A model generated the notes under the pieces. The model searched no databases, was not told where the DNA came from, and saw only the letters and a list, made by a program, of their open reading frames with translations. The position numbers were made by a program, and so were the translations under genes. From Eledone cirrhosa (taxonomy: Eukaryota): a stretch of 64,000 nt of DNA. The stretch is from contig OZ024741.1 in assembly GCA_964016885.1 (NCBI GenBank), forward strand, positions 23,250,001-23,314,000, given 5' to 3'. Each line of letters starts with the position of its first letter. Position 1 is the first letter of the stretch. Shown here piece after piece: positions 1 through 12,720 of this stretch.

Positions 1-140
1 ATATATATATATAAATGTTTATTTATATATATATATGTTTATATATATATATATATATATGTTTATATATATATATGTTTATATATATATATATATGTTT
101 ATATATATATATATATGTTTATATATATATATATATATAT

Positions 141-600
141 ATTAGAATTGGAGCTCTGAAATAGCAATATATATATGGATGTATATATAATGTATTTTGC
201 AATACACTTTATGCTTAATTAAAAGCATTTTGAAGACCGTTTGCTATTGTTTTAGAGTAGTGACAAATTCACTTACTTTAATCTCAGCAAACAGGGGAGA
301 TAAGCCGACAAGGCCTTGTTTCGCTTTTGTTGAAGCTTATCAAGGCTAACTACCCCTCCTGTCTACTGAGATTACTGATGTTATATTCTTATTGAATTCT
401 AGTAAACATTCAGGAACTGATTATACAGAGCGATTGTTGGTCAGGCAGAAATTAAAAATTAGAATTGGAGCTCTGTTTGCTGAGATTAAAGTAAGTGAAT
501 TTGTCACTACTCTAAAACAATAGCATACGGTCTTCAAAATGCTTTTAATTAAGCATAAAGTGTATTGCAAAATACATTATATATACATCCATATATATAT
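141..600 (-). mobile_element. Non-coding fold-back element: one ~317-bp hammerhead-bearing monomer plus a partial inverted copy; Penelope pLTR/retrozyme-like
   Basis: ATTAGAATTGGAGCTCTG at 141 and 458; 474-600 is the reverse complement of ~168-293; flanked by (TA)n; shares blocks with the 21881-23115 monomer (CTCTGAAATAGC, TTTTGAAGACC, CAGGAACTG, GGCAGAAATT). Confidence 0.75.
302..348 (-). ncRNA. Type I hammerhead ribozyme, U3-A8 core variant
   Basis: Minus strand AGCC-UUGAUAA-GCUU caaca AAAGC-GAAA-CAAGGCCUUG-UC-GGCU; stems I-III form, GUC cleavage triplet. Confidence 0.75.
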
Positions 601-760
601 ATGTTTGTTAATATATCCATTTGTTAATATATCGTATTTTTACTCCAATAATTTGTTGAGTGCTTTATATCAGTTATAAAAATATTTGCTTGTTGTATCC
701 CAACAATTTAAATGGAACTTCTACATATATATATATATATATATATATGTTTATATATAT

Positions 761-1217
761 CGACCTTACACACTTACATCTCTCTAAGACAATGTCTCTG
801 GACCGAGATCTTTGGTACTACGCAGTAATACAGAAAACCCGCCTTGCCTATGTACAAAGCGAAACCTACAGTCAGTAGGCACCTCTTAACCAAATATACA
901 CCCCAATCCACTACTCCTACCCTATCCTCCCACTCCCACCAACAGCACGAGATAATGAGATCGAGATCGTGTAGGTGTCACGACAAAAAACACACACAGT
1001 CCACACTGTAATGCAGCCGTGTAGTTAACACAGTAAAAAGTTCCCAGTTCCACACTGTAAATGTGGTTGGTGTTAGGAAGGGCATCCAGTCGTAGAAAAC
1101 CTGCCAGATAGTCCTATATGAGCGAGACACGGTCACCAGACCAACCTTGCCTCAAGTTGGACAACTCCCGTCTAACCCATGCTAGCGTGGAAAATGGACG
1201 TTAAACGAAGATGATGA
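761..1217 (+). mobile_element. RTE-clade LINE 3' fragment
   Basis: Encodes DLTHLHLSKTMSLDRDLW as in 58027-59445 family; shared 3' UTR (GTTAGGAAGGGCATCCAG) and (GAT)n tail. Confidence 0.85.
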
Positions 1218-1250
1218 TATATATATATATATATGTGTTTATATATATAT

Positions 1251-1946
1251 ATCATCATCATCATCATCGTTTAACATCCATCTTCCACGCTTGCATGGGT
1301 TTGGACGGGAGTTTTCACACTTGAGGCAAGATTGGTTGTCTTGCTCGTTTTCTACGGCAGGATGCCCTTCCTAACACCAACCACGTTTACAGTGTGGACT
1401 GGGAGGTTTTTACCGTGTTACCTACACGGCCACATTACACCGTGGACTGTGTGTTTTTTTGTCGTCACACCTACACGACCTCATTTGTTTCGGGCTGGAT
1501 GTTGTGGTACCAACATAACTTTACATTGAAAGGGGTGGTGTGGATGGGGTGGGGGTAGTGGACCGGGGGTGTATTTTTGTTAGAGGTGCCTACTGACTAG
1601 TAGGTTTCACTTTGTACTTAGGCAAGGCGGGTCTTCTGTATTACTGTGTAGCGCCAAAGGTCTCGGTCCAGTGACATTGTCTTGGAGAGGTGTAAGTGTG
1701 TGAGGTCGGAATTTATCAAGTCGTCCCAGGTTTTTCTGGATCTGCCTACTCCGTGGCTACCGTCTATTTTTATTGCCCTGCACTTTGTTATACAGCTGTC
1801 GTCTTTCATGCGCATCACGTGACCATACCAACGTAGTCTTCTCTCGAGTAAACAACATCTGATCCCTCTTATTTCTAATTTTTTCCTTAGTTCGTTTATG
1901 CTTTGCCGTTCACGTATATTACTATTATACATCCAGCGGAGCATGC
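1251..1946 (-). mobile_element. RTE-clade LINE 3' fragment, tail-to-tail with 761-1217
   Basis: ORF 1618-1944 MLRWM...RRLRWYGHVMR...; 3' UTR and (GAT)n tail. Confidence 0.9.
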
Positions 1947-1965
1947 ATATATATATATATATATA

Positions 1966-2020
<55 letters not shown>

Positions 2021-2034
<14 letters not shown>

Positions 2035-4589
2035 GAATGTATGTTTGTTTGTTTGTCCAAAGATATAAACGAAGAAAGAGAAATCAACGTATATTCAAAC
2101 AGAGAGTGAAAGAGCGAGTAGTCTGGCTGCTTTGAACCACTCCCTATATTAGACTGTCTCTAAAGTTATAAACGGAGAAAGAGAAATCAACGTATGGACA
2201 AAGAGAGAGTGAAAGAGCAACGTATAGACAAAGAGAGAGTGCTATAAACGGAGAAAGAGAAATCAACGTATAGACAAAGAGTGAGTGAAAGAGCGAGTGT
2301 GAAATTTTTTTAATTAAAGATAATTTCAATAGAATTAGTATTCTCTCTTTAATTTAATATAATTTCAATAGAATTAGTAAATTCTCTCTCTAATTTAATA
2401 TAATTTCAATAGAATTAGTATAGTGTCTGTTTCACATTACTTCCCTTCCACTCCCATTACAGGGAATTCTTTTTCAGCTAGCCCTTAACTAAGTGCTGTA
2501 ATTTGATATCTTCATTTCGTCTGTCCTTATTTTCCTGACCTGGACACATACGTGGACCGACATCATTCCAAGAATTGAGAACAGTAAACGGTCAAGTATG
2601 TGCCACTTATCGTGAAGCTTGCCAAGAATTAAATCTTCTTGAAAATGATGGACACTTCACTCGCTGATGCATCGAATACTGCTCGACCAAAGCAAATATG
2701 CACATTATTCTCAATAATATTGACAACGTGCTTCCCATCAAATCCAAAAGATCTTTGGGAAAAATATAAAGACTACACGAGTGAAGACATCCTACATCGT
2801 TTGCGTGCAACAAATCAAAATATGAATATTCAATTCACACAAAATGTGTATAATGAAGCATTGGTTTCCATTGAGGTCATATGTTTAGCAATCGCTAACA
2901 AAACATTGGTACAATTGGGAATGCCTGCGCCGAATCGATCTGTAAACGACATTTTCGATCGTGATTTGCAACGAGAAACAAACTTTGATGTCGCCGAATT
3001 GGGTACATTTGTTCAAACGAATCTTCCCAAATTGCTACCAGAACAACGCATAGTATATGACCAAATTATGCAGGCAATTATAAGTCAAAGCGGCGGATTG
3101 TATTTTATAGATGCGCCCGGTGGTACAGGCAAAACTTTTCTCATTTCACTTATTTTGGCAACTATACGATCAGAAAATAATATTGCACTGGCAATCGCAT
3201 CATCTGGAATTGCGGCAACTCTTTTAGATGGTGGCCGAACAGCACATTCAGCCCTGAAATTGCCATTGAATATGCAAATCGCTGAGACATCAACATACAA
3301 TATTACCAAAAATTCTGGTATAGGTAAAGTACTCCAATCATGTAAAATCATTATATGGGACGAATGTACTATGGCGCACAAAAAAATCATTGGAAGCGCT
3401 TAATAATACGCTAAAAGATTTGAAAGGAAATGAACAGCTCTTCGGTGGCACACTCATTTTATTGTCTGGTGATTTTCGACAAACTCTACCAGTTATACCG
3501 CGATCAACACCTGCTGATGAGCTTAATGCATGTCTCAAATCATCAGTTTTATGGCGACACGTACAGAAATTAACTTTAAAAAACAATATGCGTGTACAAC
3601 TACAAAATGACGCATCCGCTGAACGTTTCACAAAACAATTGCTGGATATTGGGAATGGGAAAATGGTAATCGATGATTCCACAAAATGTATCACATTGCC
3701 AACAAATTTCTGTAGAATCACGGCAACCAGAGACGAACTGATTCACAAAGTGTTCCCAAATATTGCGCAGCATTACAAAAATCATCAGTGGCTCAGTGTA
3801 TGTGCTATATTAGCAGCCAAAAACACCGATGTTAATGCCATTAATTTCAGCATTCAAAACGAAATAACAGGCGAAGCGACAATGTATAAGTCCATCGATA
3901 CTGTAATGAATCAAGACGAAATTATCAATTATCCAATTGAATTCTTGAATTCACTTGATTTGCCAGGCATGCCACCGCACATTTTAACATTGAAAATTGG
4001 CGTGCCTATCATCCTTCTCCGAAACATCAATACACCACAACTTTGCAACGGTACCAGACTTTCAGTGAAAAAGACGATGAACAATATCATCGAGGCTACA
4101 ATTTTAAATGGAAAATTTAAAGGAGAAGATGTACTCTTGCCACGCATCCCAATCATTCCAACAGATACGCCATTCGATTTCAAACGTTTGCAGTTTCTGG
4201 TGCGACTCGCCTTTGCAATGACTATCAACAAAGCACAAGGACAATCGCTACAAGTGTGTGGACTAAATTTAGAAAATCCATGCTTCTCACATGGACAGCT
4301 GTATGTGGCTTGCTCACGCGTCGGTAAACCTTCTGATTTATTCGTGTACGCACCAGAAGGAAAAACAAAAAACATTGTGTATCCAAAAGCACTTCAGTAA
4401 AACAAATTAAATGTTCTTATAACGAATTTTCTTTAAATTCGTCAGTCATTCAGTCATTTAAAGATAAATGTTAAAATCTAAAAAATAGAAACTAAATTAC
4501 AGAAGTTTTTAAATAACGATTAAAATGTTAATATTATTCTTTTCTAAATAAGCTTTTTAACACTGAGCAAAGCCGGGTAGCTCCGCTAG
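2021..4589 (+). mobile_element. Helitron, internally deleted (no Rep/HUH motifs seen)
   Basis: PIF1-type helicase remnant; 3' hairpin GAGC..GCTC 4565-4583 then CTAG 4586-4589 followed by T; 5' boundary approximate, inside (TA)n; subterminal repeats 2080-2420. Confidence 0.85.
2554..4400 (+). pseudogene. Helitron RepHel C-terminal PIF1-like SF1 helicase, frameshifted
   Basis: Motifs DAPGGTGKT, IIWDE, GDFRQ, LCNGTRL, AMTINKAQGQ, HGQLYVACSRV; frame change at the A-run ~3380-3387. Confidence 0.92.
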
Positions 4590-4600
4590 TATATATATAT

Positions 4601-6011
4601 TACTGATTACTATAACTCAGCACTAGCCAAAGTGTCCCACAGCCAGAGGATCAGCTACAACCCTAAGAGACATGATCAAGATGACCCAAGGGTACCCCGG
4701 ACCAATACTCTCAGGGGCATGAGTCACCCACCTCGATGACCAGTAGTAACACTCCCAGACCCCTATCCATCACCACCCCCGGTAAAAGGTCCCGCATACC
4801 CCACCGGTCTAATACCTACAACGCTGAAGACCACTGTGCTGCGGAGCATAGGCAGCCCTGCACCGGCCCCACCACCCGCCGAACCCTAATTGAGCAGGGA
4901 AGCCACACCTCGCAGGTTTATAGCCCCACGGTGGGCCCATATAACCCTCATGATAGTGACCGCTCCGCACACCTGTGTGACACCAACCGAGCTCGACCTG
5001 AGCTGTGCACAACCATGCGATGGACCACGGCGGACACCCCAAAACCCCGCAAGAATAGGACCAGGTAGGTCACATGGTATAACCCTCCATACTCGGTGGG
5101 TCTACGTACCAGCCTGGCTAGAACATTCTTTAGAGTACTAGATATATGTTTCCTTAGGGCCCATAAGTACCATAAAATATTCAACAGGCACACGGTGAAA
5201 CTTTCCTACTCAACCACACGCTCCGTAGCCTAGCACATAGCTGGCATAAATAGGAATAGGCTCACTGCCTCTAATACCACCGTAACCCCGGAGCCACCCA
5301 ACAGAACCAGTATGCGGGACGCACCGGAATCCGGAGAGGCCCAACTAGCACAACGACCCTGTGCTGATTGCGGAGGCTACCCAGCCAACCATGCAGTAAA
5401 TGTGGTGGGGCTTAAGAAGTCATGTAATTGCAGAGACCCATCACTATGACCCCTTAGTAATGAATGCATGACGAAAAACGTATGTACAGGTGCAAGGTCA
5501 CAACCCCTAACTCGGAGCACCACTACATAGGATCCACAGCGACGAGCTTCAAAGATCGGTGGTATAACCATCGCCATTCCTTTAACAGAATAGATAAGAG
5601 GAAATGTACGGCCCTTTCTGAATTGATCTGGAAGCTCAACTTGAAAAAACCCCGCACTATCTGGTCTGGTCCGTGGTTAGAAAGGTTCCCCCAGACAGAG
5701 GCAGGTCTGGTATTTGCAACCTCTGTCTTAGTGAGACACTCGAGATTCTTCATGGCGGAACCAAGCTATTAAACAGAAGGGCCGACTTATTCGGTGCCTG
5801 CAGACACCTAAGGACGGGAACTTTCCTCAAGCTATATGGATAAACCCTGGTTAAGGCCTCCCACAAGCCCTCCCCCCCGTAGGTCCCCTACACCCCGTAC
5901 CAATGACCAATGGACAACAACAACCACCCATAGTTTGTGGTCCCTATGGTGGATGGTCCACCGGACCCTCTACTGGTTAGGACTCATCTAAACCACGTTT
6001 TATTGAACCTG

Positions 6012-6015
<4 letters not shown>
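4601..6015 (+). mobile_element. 5'-truncated Penelope-like retroelement (thumb/linker plus GIY-YIG endonuclease), decayed
   Basis: Manual translation: VTWYNPPYS (~5070), HKYHKIFNRHTVKLSYS (~5162), SCNCRD, YRCKV..YIGSTATSFKDRWYNH (ORF 5464-5772), CNLCLSE, LLNRRADLFGACRH. Confidence 0.85.
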
Positions 6016-6059
<44 letters not shown>

Positions 6060-6139
6060 GTGTGTATTTTATATGTGTATATGTGTGTATTTTATATATA
6101 TATATATATATATATATGTATTTTATATATATATATAAG

Positions 6140-6640
6140 TATGTATGTATGTATACGTACATACATATATGTATACAGACGTACAGTAGTATGTATATAT
6201 ATACATATATGCACACATATATATATGCACGTATCGGTTTACCAAACATCTATTATAATCCTCGGTTTGTTTGTTTGTAAACAAACAAACAGCCCGAAGG
6301 TATACAGGACGGTATACAATGCTGACGATAGCTAATAAGCTTGAAACTAGTACATCGTTCCTGTGTCAGTGTTGAACAAAAAGGTGACGTGGTTGCCTAA
6401 ACACTGTACGGCGTAATTCGGGCTGTTTGTTTGTTTACAAACGGACAAAGCGAGCATTATAATAGATGTTCGGTAAACCGATACGTGCATATATATATGT
6501 GTGTGCATGTATATATATATATATACATATTACTGTGCGCCTGTATACATATATGTATGTACTTATACATACATACATACTTACATTTAAGTAACTGCCG
6601 TACTAAGAGTGAGAAATGAAATTTCGTTTCATTCTATTCC
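6140..6640 (+). mobile_element. Fold-back element with a central hammerhead (possible pLTR of the adjacent Penelope element)
   Basis: ~6140-6298 is the inverse of ~6417-6585; second, truncated copy at 24603-24905. Confidence 0.7.
6316..6358 (+). ncRNA. Minimal type I hammerhead ribozyme
   Basis: ACAAUG-CUGACGA-uAGCU aaua AGCUu-GAAA-CUAG-UA-CAUCGU (one stem I mismatch); palindromic stem III ACTAGT. Confidence 0.8.
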
Positions 6641-6829
6641 ATTTATATATATGTATGTATATTTCGTGTGTATATTTTATATATGTATATATTTTATATA
6701 TATGTATATATTTTATATATATATGTATTTTATATGTGTATATGTTTTATATATATATATATATTTTATATATATATATTCTTGTGCGTACATATATATA
6801 TATATATATATACACCTGTATTGATTTGT

Positions 6830-9800
6830 GTGTGTAGATGTGTGTGTCTGAGGGGGTAGCTGTGAGTGTATGTACAAGTCAACCAACATAAGCCTTTTAT
6901 TTCTAAATTTTCTAAACTATCTAAGTATTTGACTCTAACCAATATTTTAAGTATTACCTCCCCACATTAATTCCTCAATTTGTATGTGTGGATGTGTGTG
7001 TGTGTCTGTGGAGGTGGGTGTGAGTGTATGTGCAATGCAAGCCAACCTACATAAGTCTTTTTATTTGTAAATTTTCTACTCTAATCATAATTTTCAGTAG
7101 CACCACTCCACATAAATTCCTCAATTTAAGAATGACCTGTAGTATCTATTTCATACTATTAAACTTAATTGAATATATATCTGACCAGAAAAAAAAACTG
7201 CTACAACTCTGGGAAACTAAACCAGAACAACCTGCCACCCTCTACACACCATCATAAACTGCGAGCAGGGTACAAATTGTTGTCCTTAAATGCTCGCAGT
7301 TTATGCAACAAGATACATCTGTTCGAATCCTACGTCAGAAGCATCGACCCTGACTTCATCACAGTCACGGAAACATGGGCACATTCCTTACTCTGTGATG
7401 GGGTTTTCAGCATTACTGGGTACAACCTTTTCCGCAAGGACCGCATTAACCGCCGTGGTGGTGGTGTGATGGTCTACGTTCGTTCAAACTTTTCGGTAAT
7501 TCCTTGCGTTGATTTGAACGAATCACAGGAAGAAGTTTTTTTCTGTGACATACGTATGACCATGTCAACACTTCTGCTTGGTGTTGTTTATCGCCCCCCA
7601 AACTACCATCAGGACACACAGCTTTGCGATATCCTCAGAGTTGCTTCCAAGAAAACAGCCACTTATGTGTTTATTGCAGGTGACTTCAATCATCCTGAGA
7701 TCGATTGGGAAACCTTTCGTTGGTCACAAGGTGCAAACGATTTCCTTGAACTAGTGCTGGACTCAAACTGGTCACAAGTAGTCACCTCTCCAACAAGAGG
7801 TGACAACACTTTGGACCTGATCTTCACCACTACTCCTGAAGTGGTTATCAGTTGTACTACTGAGGAACCTCTAGGCGACTCTGATCATGCTATGATCATT
7901 GCCAATCTGGCACTTGAGGGCAGCAACAAAAACCAGAGCCATCTCCAATCTGCTTGCTTTGATTGGAAGAGGGCGGATTGGAACTTGTACTGCACTGAGC
8001 TACAGCGCCCAAACTGACATGAGATGTATAACTCTGGAGATGTGAACACTATACTCCAGAGCATCCTGGACTCAATATGGATAGCGTGTACAGCATCGGT
8101 GCCACATAAGCGGAAAAATAACCACCCCAAAAGTGCAATTTGGGAAACTTCAGCGGTCCGACTTGCCAGGAAAGAACGTCGGAACGCTGAACGGGAATAT
8201 AAACTGCATAAATCAGATGCCAACAGAAAAAAGCGGAATAAATCTTCTAACCATCTCAAGCAAGTGACAAAGAAGGCAGTGCTTGAATTTGAACAGTGCA
8301 TCGCAACCAATCCTGACAGTAAGGTGTTCTGGAAATATGTTCATTCAAAGCAGAGACCTCACTCTCCAGTTGGTCCTCTTCGCAATCCCCACACAAGCCA
8401 GATCACTGACGATCCCAAGGAATGCGCAGAACTCATTGCTGAGTGCTATGCAAGTATTTTTACTGTTGAAAACCAGAATGTACCATCTCCACCATCTCTA
8501 ACATCAAATTCCATAACAACTATGGAATTTACACCTGCAATGTTGCGACGTCACCTTAAGAATAAGCGCAACTATGCCTCCCCTGGTCTTGATGGTGTGA
8601 CATACCTGCTTCTCAAACGTGGCGGGTATTTCCTTTTGCGCCAGCTTTCTTTCTTCTTTCAATACTGTCTCAACAATGGTGCTACTCCGGAGCAGTGGAA
8701 AACTGCCAGTGTCATTCCCCTGTTCAAAAAGGGCAACCGCATGTCACCTGCCAACTATCGTCCAGTCAGTCTTACTAGCTGTATGGCCAAACTGATGGAA
8801 TCCTGTGTCAGAGAAACACTTTGGAACTTCTGGAGCTCTCACAGCCTCATCCGGCCCTCACAGTTTGGATTTATCCCTAACTCCAGCTGCTGTGATCAGC
8901 TTATCGAGTTCCTTGAGGACATCACCCGGATCACTGACAGCGGCTCATGGGTGGATGTTGTTTACCTTGACTTTGCTAAGGCTTTTAATTCTGTGCCACA
9001 CAAAAGACTTATGGCAAAACTCTCTGCAATGGGTGTGAGGGATGATCTTTTCGACTGGTTGAAATCCTTCATTCTCAGCCGAAAAGAAGTAGTCACGGTT
9101 CTAGGACAGCATTCTTCACCATATGAGATGTCATCTGGTGTACCACAGGGATCTGTTCTTGGTCCTATTTTGTTTGTGGCATATATTAATGACATAGATG
9201 CCAACTTACAGAATGCCACGGTACTAAAATATGCAGATGACATCAAGCTGTACCTTGAAATCAAAAGGACTGATCCTGAAATTTACAACTCTTTCCTACA
9301 ATCAGACCTGGACACAATGCAGCAATGGATCACAGACTGGCAACTGAAGCTGGCTGTGGACAAGTGTACCACCATGCATTTTGGAAGGAAAAATCCAGCG
9401 TCCACATATTCCCTCCACAACACTGATATCAAAAAGTCCTCTTGTGAACGTGACCTGGGCATTACTGTCAGCAACGATTTGCGTTGGACAAAGCATGTCT
9501 CTAAGATTGTCAAGAAGGCCGAGGTTGTCTTGGCATCACTCAGCAAGACCTTTGTTAGCCGCTCTCCAGCCATCTATTTAAAACTGTATACAGCTATGGT
9601 GCGACCGCACTTGGAATTCGCATCATCAGTCTGGAACCCCTATCTTGCTCAGAACATTGACCTCCTGGAAACTGTTCAGAGACGTGCAACCAAGCGCATA
9701 CCCTCCATCAGACACCTACCATACTCTGAACGCCTTGCTTCCCTGGGCATGGATTCATTGAAGCTCCGACGTCTGGCAATGGACTTGGTGAATACCCACA

Positions 9801-10330
9801 AAGTTTTTAACCATCTCGCCAATTGCAACCCTGAGCGCCTCTTTGATCTCCATGTGTCTAACACACGTGGACATGCCTACAAGATCAGAAAACAGCACAG
9901 CTCCCATGACTTCCGTAGACATTTTTTCACGCTCAGAGTTGCTGAAGCATGGAACAAACTGCCTGCGTCAATTGTTAGCTGCCGAGACACTGCATCCTTT
10001 AAGACACTCATGCTTCCCGAAATACGCCAAAACTACACCTGATGTACCCCTTCCATACACATGCACACATGTGTGTATCATGACTCGTGCACTGTTCATT
10101 TTACTGATGTTTGTGCATTGCCCTATGTACTGTACATGCACTTTTTTGATGAGTTGTGGTGCACCTGGGCACTGTACGCAATATTTCATTATTGTTATTA
10201 TTATTATATCATGACTCATACACTGTTCATTTTCCTGACATTTGTACATTATTCTATGTACTATACATGCACCTTTGATGAGTTGTAGTGCACCTGAGCA
10301 CTGTACACAATAATTTCATTATCATTATTA
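6830..10330 (+). mobile_element. Near full-length CR1-clade LINE
   Basis: APE plus RT ORF, tandemly duplicated 5' and 3' UTR segments, (ATT)n tail; other copies at 18790, 38594, 63105. Confidence 0.9.
7169..10042 (+). pseudogene. CR1 ORF2 (AP endonuclease plus reverse transcriptase) with one in-frame stop
   Basis: LNARSL, ETW, GDFN, SDH; YLDFAKAF, GVPQGSVLGP, YADD. ORFs 7169-8017 and 8024-10042 are in frame; TGA 8015-8017 is TGG in the paralog (~19633). Confidence 0.92.
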
Positions 10331-10578
10331 TAGGAATGCTTTTTGTGAAAATCAGTCATATGGAACTATTGTCATCTTGCCTGTCGGTTTGAACTTTACA
10401 GAACCACCTGCCTCTTTGAGGTCAAATACCAACCCTACTAGCATCTACAAACTGACCAATGAGAATTAAGACTATTCCTGCTGACAACATTAAATTATTC
10501 CTAACAAGCTCATATGTCCCAAGGCTCTGATACCATCAACACTATAAACACAGAGCTGGCATATCTAAGAACTGACTA

Positions 10579-10634
10579 ACTGCCTGATGAGGTCATAGCC
10601 ATTGAATGGCTATCATCGAAATATATATAGCAGT
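10579..10634 (+). ncRNA. Type I hammerhead ribozyme in a probable Penelope 3' end remnant (~10333-10680)
   Basis: ACUGC-CUGAUGA-(stem II AUAGCCA/UGGCUAU)-GAAA-UAUAUA-UA-GCAGU, followed by AATAAA. Confidence 0.85.
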
Positions 10635-10679
10635 AAATAAAGGATTATGAGTTCATGCAATTGACTTATGTTTCGTCAC

Positions 10680-10716
<37 letters not shown>

Positions 10717-10719
10717 GTT

Positions 10720-10799
<80 letters not shown>

Positions 10800-10841
10800 T
10801 ATATATATATATATATATATATATGTTTATATATATATATT

Positions 10842-11155
10842 CATTTCATTCATTTCATTTTTACGTCCACTTTTTCCCTGCTTGCAAGGGTGGGACGGGA
10901 ACTGATTTTGGCTTGATTTCTACAGCTGGATGCCCTTCCTAACACCAACCTCATTTACAGTGAGTGCTGGGTGCTTTTTTTTTTTGCCGTGGCACCTCCA
11001 CGACTACTTTGCAGTGCTCATTTCAACAGCTGAGTAAACTGGAGCAATGTAAAATAAAGTGTCTTGCTCAAGGAAACAACACACCACCCGGTCTGAGAAT
11101 TGAACTTACAACCTTTCGATTGCAAGGCCAATGCTCTAACCACTTAGCCATGTGA
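10842..11155 (-). mobile_element. tRNA-derived CORE-like SINE with RTE-type tail
   Basis: Reverse-strand copy of 17882-18269. Confidence 0.85.
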
Positions 11156-11169
11156 GTCCATGCTGGGGC

Positions 11170-11525
11170 ACCGCCCTTGTTGCTACACATTTTATCTCCA
11201 GCTTGTATAGGTTGGCCACTGGTGTAAGAGGGAGTTTGTTGCTGCTGCCCTTAGGTTTCCCTCGTGTCTTGCTGTGGGCTCATCCGGGATCCTGGATAAC
11301 AAGGTGTCGAGATATTTCTTAAAGACATCCACCTCCACGTCATGCAAATCTCTCAGATCCCTCGGCAGCCTGTTGAAGAGTTGAGGGCCCTTTAATCCCA
11401 GGCTATTGCAATAACCTGCTCCTTATTCTAGATGTGGAAGACGGGACCTTTGGCACCACACAGTGACGTCCTGTTCGACGGTTGGTCCAGCTCCCAATGC
11501 CAAAGTTTGGTGCTAGTCCCTCCCA
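11170..11525 (-). mobile_element. LINE ORF2 C-terminal fragment (CR1/L2-like, second family)
   Basis: Minus translation SLGLKGPQLFNRLPRDLRDL..VDVFKKYLD..IPDEP..AAATNSL. Confidence 0.7.
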
Positions 11526-11598
11526 TATGTATATATATATATGTTTATATATATATATATATGTTTATATATATATATATGTTTATATATATATATAT

Positions 11599-11707
<109 letters not shown>

Positions 11708-12003
11708 TATATATATATATATATATGTTTATATATATATATATATGTTTATATATATATGTATGTTTATATATATATATATATATATATATATGTTTAT
11801 ATATATATGTTTATATATATATATATATATATATGTTTATATCTTTAGGTTTGTTGGTTCAGCACTGGATAGAACTGGTCATTCCGTATGGTCAATCCTG
11901 GTGTAAGAGTACTCAATGCAGTGCAGTTCACCCATCTTCGTTTGTGTAATTGGTGGTGCGAATATGGAGTTAATTATTAATATGTTTATATATATATATG
12001 TTT

Positions 12004-12130
12004 CATCATCATCATCACCTTTTTACGTCCGTTCTTCCACGCTAGCATGGGTTAGACGGGCTGTCCTGTTGTGGGCGGTGTCTGGTCGGCTGACCATGCC
12101 TTGCTCATACAGGAACTGATTTGGCATGTT
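12004..12130 (-). mobile_element. RTE 3' tail fragment
   Basis: Matches the reverse complement of ~59630-59755. Confidence 0.8.
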
Positions 12131-12215
12131 TGTATATATATATATAATGTTTATATATATATATATATAAATATAATGTTTATATATATATATGTTTATA
12201 TATATATATATATAT

Positions 12216-12302
<87 letters not shown>

Positions 12303-12420
12303 TATAGTAATAATAATAAAATTGAAGACTAAAATCCAGAGAGGGCTCGATAAGGAAAATATATATCTGTTATTTTAATAAATATATATATATATATATA
12401 TGTTTATATATATGTTTATA

Positions 12421-12464
<44 letters not shown>

Positions 12465-12662
12465 AATACACATATATATATATATAAACATATATACATA
12501 TATATATATAAATACATATATATATATAAACATATATACATATATATATATATATATAAACATATATATATATAAACATATATATATATATAAACACATA
12601 GATATATAAATGAAATAAAATAACAGGAGGCTGGACTGGTGTAAATCCTTGAAAGGTTTATT

Positions 12663-12720
12663 ATACTATGTTCATTTTAATGACCGGGTTCCATATGAAT
12701 CCGGTGATATCATCAGGTAT
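12663..12720 (-). ncRNA. Decayed hammerhead copy (GAAA to AAAA, stem III palindrome broken)
   Basis: Minus strand AUAC-CUGAUGA...AAAA-UGAACA-UA-GUAU. Confidence 0.7.

Noticed and set aside
2639-4400. Host PIF1 gene
   Set aside because: Intronless, frameshifted and bounded by a Helitron hairpin-CTAG end
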